A stretch of DNA of 61,764 nt, filler included, from Actinomycetota bacterium (GTDB lineage: Bacteria > Actinomycetota > CADDZG01 > JAHWKV01 > JAOPZY01), in NCBI GenBank assembly GCA_025963875.1. It is 7 parts of 7 records of this genome, joined end to end, with 100 filler letters (N's around TTAATTAATTAA, not from the genome) between each part and the next. Parts side by side here need not be neighbours in the genome. Positions count along the whole stretch, not along the records: positions 19,015 to 46,019 come from JAOPZY010000124.1; positions 46,120 to 51,139 come from JAOPZY010000171.1; 5 more parts are not named here. One strand, given 5' to 3'. Both the position numbers and the translations under genes were made by a program. Each line of letters begins with the position of its first letter. Within the stretch, counting starts at the first letter, position 1. Under the pieces are notes generated by a model. It was not told where the DNA came from. It was given only the letters and a program-made list of their open reading frames with translations, and did not search any database. Below, piece by piece: positions 37,414 to 49,300 of this stretch.

Positions 37414-38218
37414 CGCTCGTTGAGGAAGGTGCCTCGTTCGTGGCCCACGCCGGGCAGACCGCCTGGTGGGAGCAGTGGTCGCACAGCCAGCTCGGCCGGG
37501 GCCGCCAGTCACCCGTCGTCCGGGCCCGCAGGATGGCCGTGCCCAGCGCGTCGAGCTGGCGTTCCAGCCCGAGCAGCATCTGTTCGCTCGGTCGCAGCGT
37601 GATGACCTCGGGCTGGCCAAGCTGGATCAGCCGCAGCTCCTGCGGCATCCTCCCGAAGGCCCGCCAGCACACCAGGGCGTAGAACTTGAGGCCGAAGAAC
37701 GACCCGAGCGCCCGTTCCGACGAGGGGGGGCGGCCGGTCTTGTAGTCAACGAGGACCCACTCGCCGTCGTCCCGGACCTCGATCCGGTCGACGATGCCCC
37801 GCAGGGCCGTGCGCTCGCCCTCGTGCGTGACCCGGGCCTCGACGTCGTGCACGATCACCCGGGCAGGATCCTCCAGGCGGAAGTAGTTGCGGATCATGCG
37901 GTCCGCCTCGTCGAGCCAGGACGCCTCCTCCTCCGCATCGAAGTCCAGCCCGGCCAGCTCGTCGAGCTCCTTTAATTCGGCCCACACGTCGCCGAGGAGG
38001 CCCCGGGCGGTGCCGATCGTGCGCTCGGCGGCGGGCATGCGGCAGAGCCGCTCCAGCACCGCGTGCACGAGGGTGCCCCGTGCCCGGGAGGGGTCTGACG
38101 GTTCGGGCAGGCGGTCGATCGCCCGGAACTTGAACAGTTGCGGGCACGCCTTGAAGTCCGCGGCCCGGGAAGGCGACAACGCGATGAGCTCGGTTTCCAG
38201 CAGTTCGGGTGTATCCAT
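37391..38218 (-). CDS. RecB-family PD-(D/E)XK exonuclease
   Basis: LSPSRAADFKACP, GTLVHAVLE, GIVDRIE, VDYKTG, LCDHCSH...CP. Confidence 0.92.
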   Translation of the reverse strand: MDTPELLETELIALSPSRAADFKACPQLFKFRAIDRLPEPSDPSRARGTLVHAVLERLCRMPAAERTIGTARGLLGDVWAELKELDELAGLDFDAEEEASWLDEADRMIRNYFRLEDPARVIVHDVEARVTHEGERTALRGIVDRIEVRDDGEWVLVDYKTGRPPSSERALGSFFGLKFYALVCWRAFGRMPQELRLIQLGQPEVITLRPSEQMLLGLERQLDALGTAILRARTTGDWRPRPSWLCDHCSHQAVCPAWATNEAPSSTSVCEHKTA

Positions 38219-38281
38219 TGCGTTGATGCTACGGCCCCCGGGGCGCTGCCTGCTGGATCTCGGGCCGAATCGGATCGTTCC

Positions 38282-40372
38282 CTAGCCGGATCGCTTCCCG
38301 ATCAGCTCCTCGACGGCCTCGGGTGGCTGGGGCGGAGCGAAGTAGTAGCCCTGGCCAAAGGTGCAGCCGATGGTGCGGAGCGCGACTGCCTGCTGCTCGG
38401 TCTCCACGCCCTCGCCCATCGAGTGGAGGTGCAGGGCGTCCGCCAGGTGCACTACGGCCTCGACGATGGCGGAGTCCGGCGAGTCGGTTCCCAGGCCCGC
38501 GACGAACGAAGGGTCGATGGTGACGGTGTCCACGGGCAGCCCTATCAGGTGGCGGAGCGACGACGACGTGGAACCGAAGGCATCGACGTGGAGCCGGACG
38601 CCGAGGGAGTCGAGGGCCTTCCACGTCGGCGCGAGCCGGATCGTATCGAGGACCGCCGACTCCGTGACCTCGAGGCGGAGGCTGCTGGCCGGCAGTCCGG
38701 ACATCGCCAGGACACTCGCCACGTCCGTGGCGAAGTCGCCCTGGGCGAGCTGTTGGGTGGCGACGTTGACGCTGATGGTCGGGGGCGAGCGATCACCCCA
38801 GCGGACCGCCTGTTCGACAGCCTCCGCCAGCACCCAACGGCCGAGTTCGATGATCAGTCCGGTGCGTTCGGCGGCGGGGATGAAGTCGGCAGGCAGCAGG
38901 ACGCCCCGCTCCGGGTGCTCCCAGCGGACGAGCGCCTCGACGCCGGCGATCCTGCCCGTGCCGAGCTCGACCTGCGGCTGGTACAGGAGGCGCAGCTCAT
39001 CCTCGTCGACGGCCCGCCGGAGCTCGGACGCGATGCCCCCGAGCCGGACGGCGGGGGCGGGACGCTCGCTGGAGAACATCTCGTAGCGACCGCCGCCGAG
39101 CGACTTCGCCCGGTACATCGCCCGGTCGGCATGCTCGACGAGTACCTCGGGGAGGTCGTGCGCTCCGGGCGTCATGGCGATACCCACGCTGGCCGTCGTC
39201 AGCACCTCGCCGTGTTCGACGGTCAGCGGCGCCGACACCGCCCGCAGGACGCGCTCGCCGATGACCCGGGCGGTCTCGTCGCCGTCGACGTCCTCGCAGA
39301 GCATCACGAACTCGTCGCCGGCGAAACGGGCGACCGTGTCGTGGGCCCGCGTCACGCCGCGGAGGCGGCCTGCGATGGTGGCGAGGATCTGGTCGCCGGC
39401 ATCGTGGCCGAGCTCGTCGTTGATGACCTTGAAATGGTCGAGATCGATGAACAGCACCACCACCGAGGACTGGCGGCGCCCCGAGCGTGCCAGGGCCTGC
39501 GAGAGGCGGTCCATCAGCAGGCTCCGGTTGGGAAGGTCGGTGAGGGGGTCGTGGAAGGCCCGGTGCGTGAGGTCCTGCTCGGTGCGCTTCCAGCCCGTCA
39601 GGTCCTCCATCTGCCACAGCAGGACGTCGGGCTCGGCTGCCTTTCCCACGGCCGTCGACGACAGGGAGACCCAGACGTCGCGGCCGTTGGCGGCGGTGAA
39701 GCGCTTCTCCATCCGGTAGCTGCGGATGTCCCCTGCGAGCAGCTGCTCGACGTAGGCGCGCTCGACGGCGAGGTCGGCGGGGTTGGTGAGGCTCTCGAAG
39801 GTGGCCCCGAGCAGCTCGGGGGTCGTGTAGCTCAGCAGCATGGAGAGCGCCCGGTTTGCCTTGAGGAGTTGACCCCTCCGGTTGACGAGGGCCATGCCGA
39901 TGGGGGTGCTGTCGAAGGTGGCCTGCATCTCTGCCGAGCCGAACGGGCCGGCCTTGAGGGCCGCCTCAGTCTGATCCGGCGCCTTGAGGGGCGCCTCAGT
40001 CTGATCCGGCGCCTTGAGGGGCGCCGTTCGCTGGAAAGCCACCAGGCAGGCTCCGCAAGCCCGGCCGCCGGCATCGGCGATGGGCGCCACCGTGAGGTCG
40101 ATGTCAACGAGCTGGCCACCCTTGCGGATGAGCTCCCAGGGCCGGGCCTCGCTGTCCTCGCCCTTGAACGAGGCATGGAGGACCGCTTCGAGCTTCGGCA
40201 GGCACTGGGAGGGCACCATCAGCGTCACCGGGCGGCCGACCATCTCGTCGCCGTCGTAGCCGAAGAGCCGCGCCGCCCCCGGGTTCCAACTGGTGACGAC
40301 CCGGTTGCGGTCGATCGTCAGCACCGCAAGCTCGGACTCCCAACCGTTTGTTCCACTCATGTCATGTCCCAT
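38282..40372 (-). CDS. PAS-PAS-GGDEF-EAL protein
   Basis: WNPGAARLFGY PAS, HDPLTDLPNR, DLDHFKVIND, AGDEF, EALVRW, EGVET, QGYYF. Confidence 0.93.
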   Translation of the reverse strand: MGHDMSGTNGWESELAVLTIDRNRVVTSWNPGAARLFGYDGDEMVGRPVTLMVPSQCLPKLEAVLHASFKGEDSEARPWELIRKGGQLVDIDLTVAPIADAGGRACGACLVAFQRTAPLKAPDQTEAPLKAPDQTEAALKAGPFGSAEMQATFDSTPIGMALVNRRGQLLKANRALSMLLSYTTPELLGATFESLTNPADLAVERAYVEQLLAGDIRSYRMEKRFTAANGRDVWVSLSSTAVGKAAEPDVLLWQMEDLTGWKRTEQDLTHRAFHDPLTDLPNRSLLMDRLSQALARSGRRQSSVVVLFIDLDHFKVINDELGHDAGDQILATIAGRLRGVTRAHDTVARFAGDEFVMLCEDVDGDETARVIGERVLRAVSAPLTVEHGEVLTTASVGIAMTPGAHDLPEVLVEHADRAMYRAKSLGGGRYEMFSSERPAPAVRLGGIASELRRAVDEDELRLLYQPQVELGTGRIAGVEALVRWEHPERGVLLPADFIPAAERTGLIIELGRWVLAEAVEQAVRWGDRSPPTISVNVATQQLAQGDFATDVASVLAMSGLPASSLRLEVTESAVLDTIRLAPTWKALDSLGVRLHVDAFGSTSSSLRHLIGLPVDTVTIDPSFVAGLGTDSPDSAIVEAVVHLADALHLHSMGEGVETEQQAVALRTIGCTFGQGYYFAPPQPPEAVEELIGKRSG
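39951..40025 (-). repeat. 30-bp in-frame tandem repeat x2.5 of the GAGGCGCCCCTCAAGGCGCCGGATC family
   Basis: Encodes APLKAPDQTE-APLKAPDQTE-AALKA between the two PAS domains. Confidence 0.9.
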
Positions 40373-40906
40373 CCGTCGGCCCCGGGCGGGGCGCGTAAAG
40401 AGTGGCCCCTACGTTTTGTTAAGTGTGCACTATTCGCCCAGAAGGGGCCGCGAGGGTACCCGTGGTGGGGAAAAGGGCCTCCTGCCCGATACGGGCCGCC
40501 CTGTCGGGGCGGGGCGCCGCCGGGGCGGTGGGACGCTCCACAAGGTCCCACGGCGGCGGCTCGGGCAGCAGGCTCGGCTGGCGGGGATCGGGATCGGCGT
40601 CCTCCAGCAGCATCTGGGAAGGGCCGAAGCACAGCTGGCCGGGACACTGCGAGACGCCCGGGCCGGCCGGCGGGGATTTCGCCCCCGGCTCCGCCCTCAA
40701 CTCGGCCGCGCAAGGATGGATACCCGGAAAGGAGATCTGCTCGTCGCCGAACAGCAGCAGGGATGCCGATGCCCTCACATGCACCTCCATCGCCCCGGGG
40801 GTCTCGCTCCGGGGGGGGTCTCGCTGGGGAAGCGCTCCCGGACGGGAAGGCGAAGTATAGGGGCGATCCGGCCGGCCCGGCCGTATTTTCCCGGTGCATC
40901 TCAGAC

Positions 40907-42231
40907 TCAGGGGATGGCCTGGAGGTGGATCTCCACCACCGCCCCGCCACCGGCATGGTTGCCTGCCCGGACGGTGCCGCCCTCGGCCTCGATGACCTCC
41001 CGGACAATCGCCAGCCCCAGACCCGAACCCGGCATGGATCGGGCAGCGGACGCCCGGTAGAAGCGATCGAACACCTTTGACAGGTCGGCGTCGGGGATGC
41101 CGGGACCATGGTCCCGGACGGTGACGCCCCCCGCGGAGCTTGCCACCTCCACGGTTCCACCCGGAGGGCTCCATTTGATTGCGTTGTCGAGGAGGTTCGC
41201 CACCGCCCGCTCCAGGCGGCCCGGCGCTCCACGCACCCGGCTGGGGGCCACGTCGACGTCGAAGCTCACGCCCACGGCCCGGGCGTTGAGCTCGGCGCGG
41301 GCGACGGTCGTCGACACCAGGTCCCCGAGCTCGATCTCCTCACGGAGGGCCTCGGGCGCCTCGCCGCGGGCGAGTTCGACGACGTCGGCAACGAGCTTCG
41401 TCAGCTCGTCGACCTGGGCGAGAGCGTCGCGGCGCAGGGCCTCCCGGTCCGCAGGGTCCAGCTCGTCGGCCCGCTGCAGGACCTCGATGTTGGTCCGCAG
41501 GCTGGTGAGCGGGGTCCGGAGCTCGTGGGAGGCGTCGGCGATGAGCTGTGCCTGCAGCAACCGGGACTGCTCCAGGGCGGCGAGCAGGCGGTTGAAGTCG
41601 GTGGCAAGCCGGGCGAGCTCGTCGCGGCCGGTCACCTGGACCCGCCGGGAGAGGTCGGCGGTCTCGGCGACGCCGTCGATGGCGGCGGAGAGCCGGTCGA
41701 TGGGTGCCAGGGCGGTGCGGGCGACCAGCCACCCCATCGCGACTGCCAGTACGACGCCGCCCCCGGCCACAAGGCCGAGCACGAGGGCCAGGACCTGCAG
41801 GTCCCGCTCGAGCTCGTCGAGCTGGAGACCCAGTTCGAGCGCAGTGCCGTTCCCCAGGTCGACGGACAGCACCCTGACCTGGCGTTCTCCCGAGCCCACG
41901 TTCCCGAAGGAGCTGCCCCGGCGTCCCTGCGCCACTTCCAGGGCGCCCGGGGGGACCGTGAACGGCGGCACCTTGGGCGTGACCACGGTGCCGGCCGCGT
42001 TGACGATCTGGGCAAGGCCGCCGGCTCGGTTGACCTCTGTCCTGGCCTCGTCGGTGGCGTCGAGGCTGCCCGCCTGCGCCACCTTGAACAACCCCGTGGC
42101 CCGGGCGCGGAGCGTGTCGTCGACCGAGCGGGTCAGGCTACGGCTCAGCACGAGGAACGTGGCCCCTGCCAGCCCCGCCACCGTGAACCCCACCGCCACG
42201 GCCGTGGCCAGGCTGATCCTTGCCCGGAACG

Positions 42232-42235
<4 letters not shown>
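40907..42235 (-). CDS. HAMP sensor histidine kinase (MprB-like)
   Basis: [45 protein letters not shown]. Confidence 0.92.
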
Positions 42236-42918
<683 letters not shown>

Positions 42919-42937
42919 CTCATTGTCAGCGTCTGGG

Positions 42938-42965
42938 CTGAAGGCGTCCTGAGGGATTGCTGAGG
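42938..42965 (-). promoter_or_regulatory. Three direct repeats with 11-bp period (MprA-box-like)
   Basis: Minus strand CCTCAG-N5-CCTCAG-N5-CTTCAG, just upstream of a GACAAT -10-like hexamer and the regulator start. Confidence 0.6.
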
Positions 42966-42981
42966 GAGGCCGAACCCGCCG

Positions 42982-43488
42982 CTACACCGCGTCCTCACCG
43001 GCTGCCCGGGCCTCGAGGATCCTCTGCCGGCGGGCGAGGCGGGTCTCCCGGCGGATCAGGGCCTCCCGCATACGGCGCTTCTCGTCCGGCGTCTCGGCCA
43101 CGAGCCGGGGCACCTCCCGGGGCTTGCCCGTGTCCTTGTCGAGCGCGACGAACACGAGATAGGCACTGGACGTGTGCGCCCGCTCGCCCGTAAGGATGTC
43201 CTCGGTCTCCACCCGGACGCCCACCTCCATCGAGGAACTCCCGACGAAGTTGAGCGACGCCTTCACCGTCACCAGGGAGCCGAGCTGGACGGGTTCGATG
43301 AAGCTCATCTGGTCGATCGCCGCGGTCACCACCGGCCCCCGGGAGTGGCGGATGGCGGCCAGCCCGGCGGCGTTGTCGACCAGCTTCATGATCACCCCGC
43401 CGTGGACGAAGCCCGCCAGGTTGGCGTCCTCGATGCCCATATTCTGTGAGAGCACCACCTGGGACTCCCGTACCGCTCGTTCTTCCAT
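42982..43488 (-). CDS. Acyl-CoA thioesterase (hotdog fold)
   Basis: DANLAGFVHGG, VVTAAID, SSMEVGV, AYLVFVALD. Confidence 0.92.
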   Translation of the reverse strand: MEERAVRESQVVLSQNMGIEDANLAGFVHGGVIMKLVDNAAGLAAIRHSRGPVVTAAIDQMSFIEPVQLGSLVTVKASLNFVGSSSMEVGVRVETEDILTGERAHTSSAYLVFVALDKDTGKPREVPRLVAETPDEKRRMREALIRRETRLARRQRILEARAAGEDAV

Positions 43489-43531
43489 CTGCCTACACTA
43501 CCCAGGCACCGACAAGCAGGAGGTTTCCTAC

Positions 43532-45331
43532 GTGAGCACGCAAACACTGACGGGGGCGGAGGCGGTCGCCTGGGAGCTCGGCGATCTCTTCGCTGGCCCG
43601 GACGACCCCCGCCTCGACACCGACATCTCTCAGGCCCTGGCCGACGCCAAGGCGTTCCGTGAGCGCTACCACGGCCACGTCGCCGATCTCGACGCCACCG
43701 GGCTGGCTGCGGCAGTGGCGGAGCTGGAGCGGATCCAGTCGGTGTTCGTGCGAGCCGAGTCCTTCGCCTTCCTCTCGTTCTCGACCGACACCGCGGATCC
43801 CGCCCGTGGGGCGCTGCTGCAGCGGGTGGAGGAGCAGTCCACCGTGCTGTCCACCGACGTCCTCTTCTTCGCGCTGGAGTGGGTGGCGGTCGACGACGCC
43901 AAGGCCGAGGAGCTCCTCGCCGATCCGGCGGTCGCAGCCCAGCGCCACTTCCTGGCCGCCTCGCGACGCTACCGGCCCCACCTGCTCTCCGAGCCCGAGG
44001 AGACCCTCATGGCGGAGAAGGCGATGACGTCCTCGTCGGCGTGGAGCCGTCTGTTCACCGAGCTGACCTCGGCCCTCAAGATCCGCATCGACCCCGACGC
44101 CGAGCCGGTCAGCCTGGAGGAAGCACTCTCGAAGCTGCAGCAGCCCGACCGTGAGCTCCGCCGCCGCACCGCCGAGGCCCTCACGGAGGCGCTCCAGTCC
44201 GAGCTGCGGACCCGCTCGTTCATCTTCAACACCCTGCTGCTCGACAAGGCCACCGAAGACCACCGCCGCGGCTACCCGAGCTGGATCGCTTCCCGCAACC
44301 TCTCCAACGAGGCCTCGGACGCCTCGGTGCAGGCGCTGGTCGACGCCGTGATCGCCCGCTACGACATCCCGCAGCGGTACTACCGGCTGAAGGCGAAGCT
44401 GCTCGGGCTGGACCGTCTCGCCGACTACGACCGGATGGCGCCGATCCTGGCCACGTCCACCCCCACGTCCTGGGACGAGGCGAAGTACATCGTGCTCGAC
44501 GCCTACTCGTCGTTCTCGCCCGTCACCGGCGCCATCGTGTCGGACTTCTTCGAGCGGCGGTGGATCGACGCCGCCGTCCGGCCGAACAAGCAGTCCGGGG
44601 CCTTCTGCGCGACGACGATCCCCGACGTCCACCCGTACGTGTTGCTGAGCTTCACGGGGGAGCGGCGCTCGGTGCTCACCCTCGCCCACGAGCTGGGCCA
44701 CGGCGTCCACGGTGTCCTGGCCGGGGAGCAGGGGCTCTTCAACGCGCAGACGCCGCTGACGCTGGCCGAGACGGCCTCGGTCTTCGGCGAGGCCCTCACG
44801 TTCCAGCGCCTGCTCGCCGCCGAGGACGACCCGAACCGCCGCCTGGAGTTGCTGGTCGGCCGCCTCGAGGACGCCATCGCCACCACGTTCCGCCAGGTGG
44901 CGATGAACCGCTTCGAGGACGGCATCCACAATGGTCGCCGCAAGGGCGAGCTGGCCCCTGACCGCTTCAACGAGCTGTGGATGGACGTCCAGCGGGCAAT
45001 GCTCGGCGACGCCGTCGACATCACAGACAACTACAAGATCTGGTGGAGCTACATCCCCCACTTCGTCGGGGCGCCCGGCTACGTCTACGCCTACGCCTTC
45101 GGGTACCTGTTCTCCCTCGCCATCTTCCGCCGCTACGAGAAGGAGGGGCCGGCCATCGTGGGGCCCTACCTCGACCTGCTGCGGGCCGGCGGTTCCGACA
45201 CCCCCGAGGTGCTGGCCAAGATCGTGGGCCTGGATCTGGCGGACCCCGGGTTCTGGGCCGAGGGCCTCGAGGCCGTGGACCAGCTGCTGGCCGAGGCGGA
45301 GGCGCTGGCGGAGAAAACCGGCAGAGCCTGA
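43532..45331 (+). CDS. M3-family oligoendopeptidase F
   Basis: WELGDLF, KQSGAFC, HPYVLL, TLAHELGH, AETAS, YVYAYAFG; RBS AGGAGG. Confidence 0.94.
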   Translation: MSTQTLTGAEAVAWELGDLFAGPDDPRLDTDISQALADAKAFRERYHGHVADLDATGLAAAVAELERIQSVFVRAESFAFLSFSTDTADPARGALLQRVEEQSTVLSTDVLFFALEWVAVDDAKAEELLADPAVAAQRHFLAASRRYRPHLLSEPEETLMAEKAMTSSSAWSRLFTELTSALKIRIDPDAEPVSLEEALSKLQQPDRELRRRTAEALTEALQSELRTRSFIFNTLLLDKATEDHRRGYPSWIASRNLSNEASDASVQALVDAVIARYDIPQRYYRLKAKLLGLDRLADYDRMAPILATSTPTSWDEAKYIVLDAYSSFSPVTGAIVSDFFERRWIDAAVRPNKQSGAFCATTIPDVHPYVLLSFTGERRSVLTLAHELGHGVHGVLAGEQGLFNAQTPLTLAETASVFGEALTFQRLLAAEDDPNRRLELLVGRLEDAIATTFRQVAMNRFEDGIHNGRRKGELAPDRFNELWMDVQRAMLGDAVDITDNYKIWWSYIPHFVGAPGYVYAYAFGYLFSLAIFRRYEKEGPAIVGPYLDLLRAGGSDTPEVLAKIVGLDLADPGFWAEGLEAVDQLLAEAEALAEKTGRA

Positions 45332-45528
45332 AGGGCTCGCGCGCGGCAGAACCGGAGACAAGCCCATCGTGGGCATCGCAGCCACCCCGGACGGCCTGTG
45401 GGTGGCACCCCGCTGAACAAGCCGATCGTGGGTGTTGCGGCGGGCTAGTTGCAGAATTCCTGCGGGAGCCTGCCGCTGGGTGGGTGAGATTTTCCCCGGA
45501 TACGGACGACTTCTTCACCCACCCCTCG

Positions 45529-46019
45529 CTAGAAGCTCTGGCTGAACCTGAGGTTCTCCCGTTGCAGGGCGGCAAGGTGATCGGCAAGGGGTGCGAGGGA
45601 ACTGCCCTGCCAGTCCCAGCTGAAGACGAAGTACCCCTGCCAACGGGAGGCCGCCCAGAGGCTGAACTCACGCTGCAGTTCCTCCACGCTGGGCCGCCGC
45701 CACTTGGTTGCCCCGAAGTCCTGGATCACCGCCCAGTAGTTCGGGATCTGGGCCTGGTCGGCTCTCTTGATGGCTGTGGCGATCTCACCAAAGTCGCAGG
45801 GCTCCGAATCAGGTACACGGCACGGGTAGACGGCCAACCCGATGATGTCGGCAGCGCCCACGAAGCGCCGGTAGGGATACATCTCGACCTGACTTCCGCC
45901 GTTCCCAGTTTGCACGTACGCGGAGTCGCCGAGCACGATGTACGTGGGGTGCGTTGCATCAAGCTTCTTGACGAAGCGGCTGCGCTCGGCGATCTGGGCG
46001 GCGATGCCGGGGCATTGCA
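45529..46019 (-). CDS. Glycoside-hydrolase-like protein, 5' truncated
   Basis: Open to the gap: ...VKKLDATHPTYIV...ADIIGLAVYPC...GYFVFSW, a TIM-barrel GH-like pattern. Confidence 0.45.
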
Positions 46020-46119
46020 NNNNNNNNNNNNNNNNNNNNNNNNNNNNNNNNNNNNNNNNNNNNTTAATTAATTAANNNNNNNNNNNNNNNNNNNNNNNNN
46101 NNNNNNNNNNNNNNNNNNN
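46020..46119. other. Artificial contig linker
   Basis: N/TTAATTAATTAA/N, 100 nt. Confidence 0.98.
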
Positions 46120-46360
46120 GGTCGGAAACGGAGCAATTCGGGCGGAAAACGGGCCGCGTACAACCTCGGAGGCCCCCCTCAGTGGAATTCGCGACGGCCT
46201 GTGAGGGGGCAAAATCCGACACGCCTTGCAGGAGAACAGCGAACCCCGGAAGCCACCGCGAAAATGATTTCTCAACTCCGATACATCAGCATTGCCAAGA
46301 TTCGTCCGATAGTGCTTTACTTGCCGAATCGGTCGGGCGAAATGAGCGGAGTGGGGGAAC

Positions 46361-49300
46361 GTGCTCATCGAGATTCGCCTCCTGGGAGGCTTCTCAGCCC
46401 GTCGGGGAGGAAAGGAGATCCCCCCGAGCGCATTCCGCCAGCGTCTCACACGCAACCTTGTCCAGGTGTTGCTCACGCGCAGGGGGGAGTTCGTCCCCCG
46501 GGAGACCCTGACTGAGGCGCTCTGGCCCCGACGTGCGCCTGCCGACCCCGCGGCCAACCTCAGGGTCCTGGTCAACCTTGCCCGCCGGGCGTTCGGCGAT
46601 CCCGACCTCCTGCTCAACCGCCGGGGCGGCTATTCGTTCGCGGGCAGCGGGGACTGCGTGGTGGATGCCGAGGTCTTCCTCGGCAGGGTGAAGGCGGGCC
46701 ACCGGGAGATGGCGGCGGGGCAACCCTCGGCAGCGCTCCGGGAGTTTCAGGCGGCGCTCGATCTGTGGGGCGGGGAGCCGCTGGCAGAGAACGCCCATGC
46801 GGATTGGGCCCAGGAGTATCGAAACCGGCTCGGCAGGGCGCACGGGCAGGCCCTGGAGGCGGCCGGGGCCGCCGCTCTGGCGCTCCGGCACATCGAGGCA
46901 GCGCTGTCGATGGCAGAGCTCGCGGTCGCCCGAGACCCGCTCAAGGAATCGGGCCAGCTCCTGCTCGTGCATGCCCTGGCAGCCGCCGGCGATGTCGCCG
47001 GTGCCCTGGCCAGCCTCGACGCCTTTCGCCGCCGCTTTGCAGAGGAGCTCGGCATCGACCTGTCCCCCGAGGCAGCCGCGCTCCAGGCACGGCTGCTCCG
47101 GAGGGAGCCGCTCGGGCCTGTCATCGCGCGGCGGCCGTCCGTCGCTCGCGGCCTCGCGGTTTTCGAGGAGCTCCCGTTCGTGGGGCGCGAGCAGGAACTG
47201 GCAACCATCCTCTTCGCCCTCTCCGGCGCCTCTCCGTCCACCGTCGTGGTCTCCGGCATCGCCGGCGTGGGCAAGTCCCGCCTGCTCTCCGAGGTCGCGA
47301 CGCGCTCTGTTGTTCCCGTGATCGCCGCCCGAGCCTTTCTTCCTGAGCGGGATGATGCCTGGGCCCTGGCCCGCTCGCTGCTGCGAGAGGCGCTCGCCAT
47401 GGACTACCAGGCGGCCGGGGCTCTTCCCGACCGGCCGGCCCAAGCCCTGGCCCAGCTGGTGCCGGAGCTGGAGGACCTGCGGCCGCTCCGGGCGAGCTCG
47501 CTGGATCCCGAAAGCCGCCGGGCACTGGCGCTCAAGGGATCGGCCCTCCTGATGTGGGCTCTCGGCGCCCAGGGCACCCTGGTGGTCGTGGACGATCTCC
47601 AGTGGGCCGACGGGAGCAGCCTCGACCTCCTCGGGCTCATCATCCGGCGCGCCCCGATCCAGATGGTGCTGGCGTACCGGCCCGAAGAGGTCGACAAAAC
47701 GGGATCGGTGGCGGGGTTCCTGAGCCAGCTCCCCGCCCTCGGCCGTCACGTGACGACGGTCGCACTCGAGCCCCTTCGGCCCGAAGCAATCTCCGAGCTC
47801 GTCCCAGACGAGGAACTTGCCGCAGTCATCTCGGAAGCTACCGACCGCACCCCCCACGCCCTGGGAGAGCTGATCCGGGCCCTCGCACGCGAAGGAAGCA
47901 TCCAATCCGACGAGAAGGGCCGCTGGCGAGCCCGAAGGGGAGATGCCGCTACCCGGGCCCGGGAAGTGGCCATGGCCGGACAGGCCCGAGCCGTCCAGCG
48001 GCGGGCTCCCGTCCTCCCCCCGGGGGTGCATCGGCTCCTCCTCCTCCTGGCCCTTCTCGGCCGGGAGGCGCCCGCCCGGCTCCTGGCCCGAGCCAGCGAT
48101 GCCTCGCAGGCAGAGGTGCTGGCGGATCTCGACGCCGCCTCCCGTGCCGGGCTGGTCCGCCTGGGAGAGAAGGGATGGGCGGTCGCTCACGACCTCATCG
48201 GTGAGGCGCTCGCCGAGAACCTGATGCCGATCGACCGTGCCCAGCTCCACGAGGCCCTGGCCGCTGCCCTCTCCGCCGAGGACGAGGATGCCTCGGAGAT
48301 CGCGCCCCACCCGGAGGCCGCCGGGGATACCGAGGCTGCGGCGAGGGCCTTCGCTCGGGCGGGCGCCTCAGGCTCGACCGCTTCGCCGGAGGCGAGGCCG
48401 AGCGGCTTGCCGAGCGGGGGCTGCGCCTGAACCCCCCACCGGAGTCCCGGGCGGAGCTGCTGGAGATCAGGGGCGAGGTCCGGGCCCGCAGAGGGGATCT
48501 GACGGCGGCTCGGGACGACCTGCGGGCTGCCCTCGCCCAGGTCGGCCCCGGGGCGGCAAGGGCGCACCTCCTCGCTCGGCTGGCCGTGCTCACCTCCGGC
48601 CTCGAGGACTACCTGCAGGCGGAGGAGCTTGTCGAGCTGGCCCTGACCGAAGCTCTTTCCGACCCCCCGGCACGTGCGGAGGCATTGGCCATCGGCGCCA
48701 TCATCCACGCGAACACGGGGCACCTCGAACAGGCCGCGTCCAGAGCGGACGAGGCCCTCGGTCTCTTCGAGCAGCTCGGAGACGCGCAGGGAGTGGCGGG
48801 CGTGCTCGAAGCGCGGGCGACCAGCCTGCTCGTCCAGGGTCGACTCAGGGAGGCCGTTGCTACGTTCAGCCGCGCGGCCGACCTGTTCCAGGACGCTGGC
48901 CAACTTCTTCGGCTCGGGACGACCCAGGCGATGCGCGCATTCACCCTGGTGTTGACGGGCCGCGCCGACGAAGCCCTGGCCCAGGCCGAGACCATGGTCG
49001 AGCTCGCGCGCATGCTCGAGTGCATCGAGGGTGAAGGTTTTGCGCTCACCATGCGAGGCTTCGCGCTGGCAGCGCTCGGAAAGCCTGAGGAGGCGACGAG
49101 CCAACTGGAGGAGACGCTCGTCCGGGCACGCCGGTTCGGCCACCGGGAGCACACGCTGGCGACCCTTCTGTTTCTGAGCATCGCCCAGCAGGCCACCGGT
49201 CACCTGCAGCAGGCTGAGGCAAACCTACGAGAAACGCTGCAGCTTGCCGAACGCCTCCCCCTGTACTCTCCCTGGGTCTCGGCCCGGCTTGTCTCCGTCC

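Noticed and set aside
40419..40790. Small ORF between the GGDEF gene and the sensor kinase (MEVHVRASASLLLFGD...)
   Set aside because: No recognisable family and weak coding signal; cannot be supported by eye.
45355..45410. KPIVGIAATPDG peptide resembling a beta-propeller repeat unit
   Set aside because: A single short stretch without a credible ORF; at most a relic.
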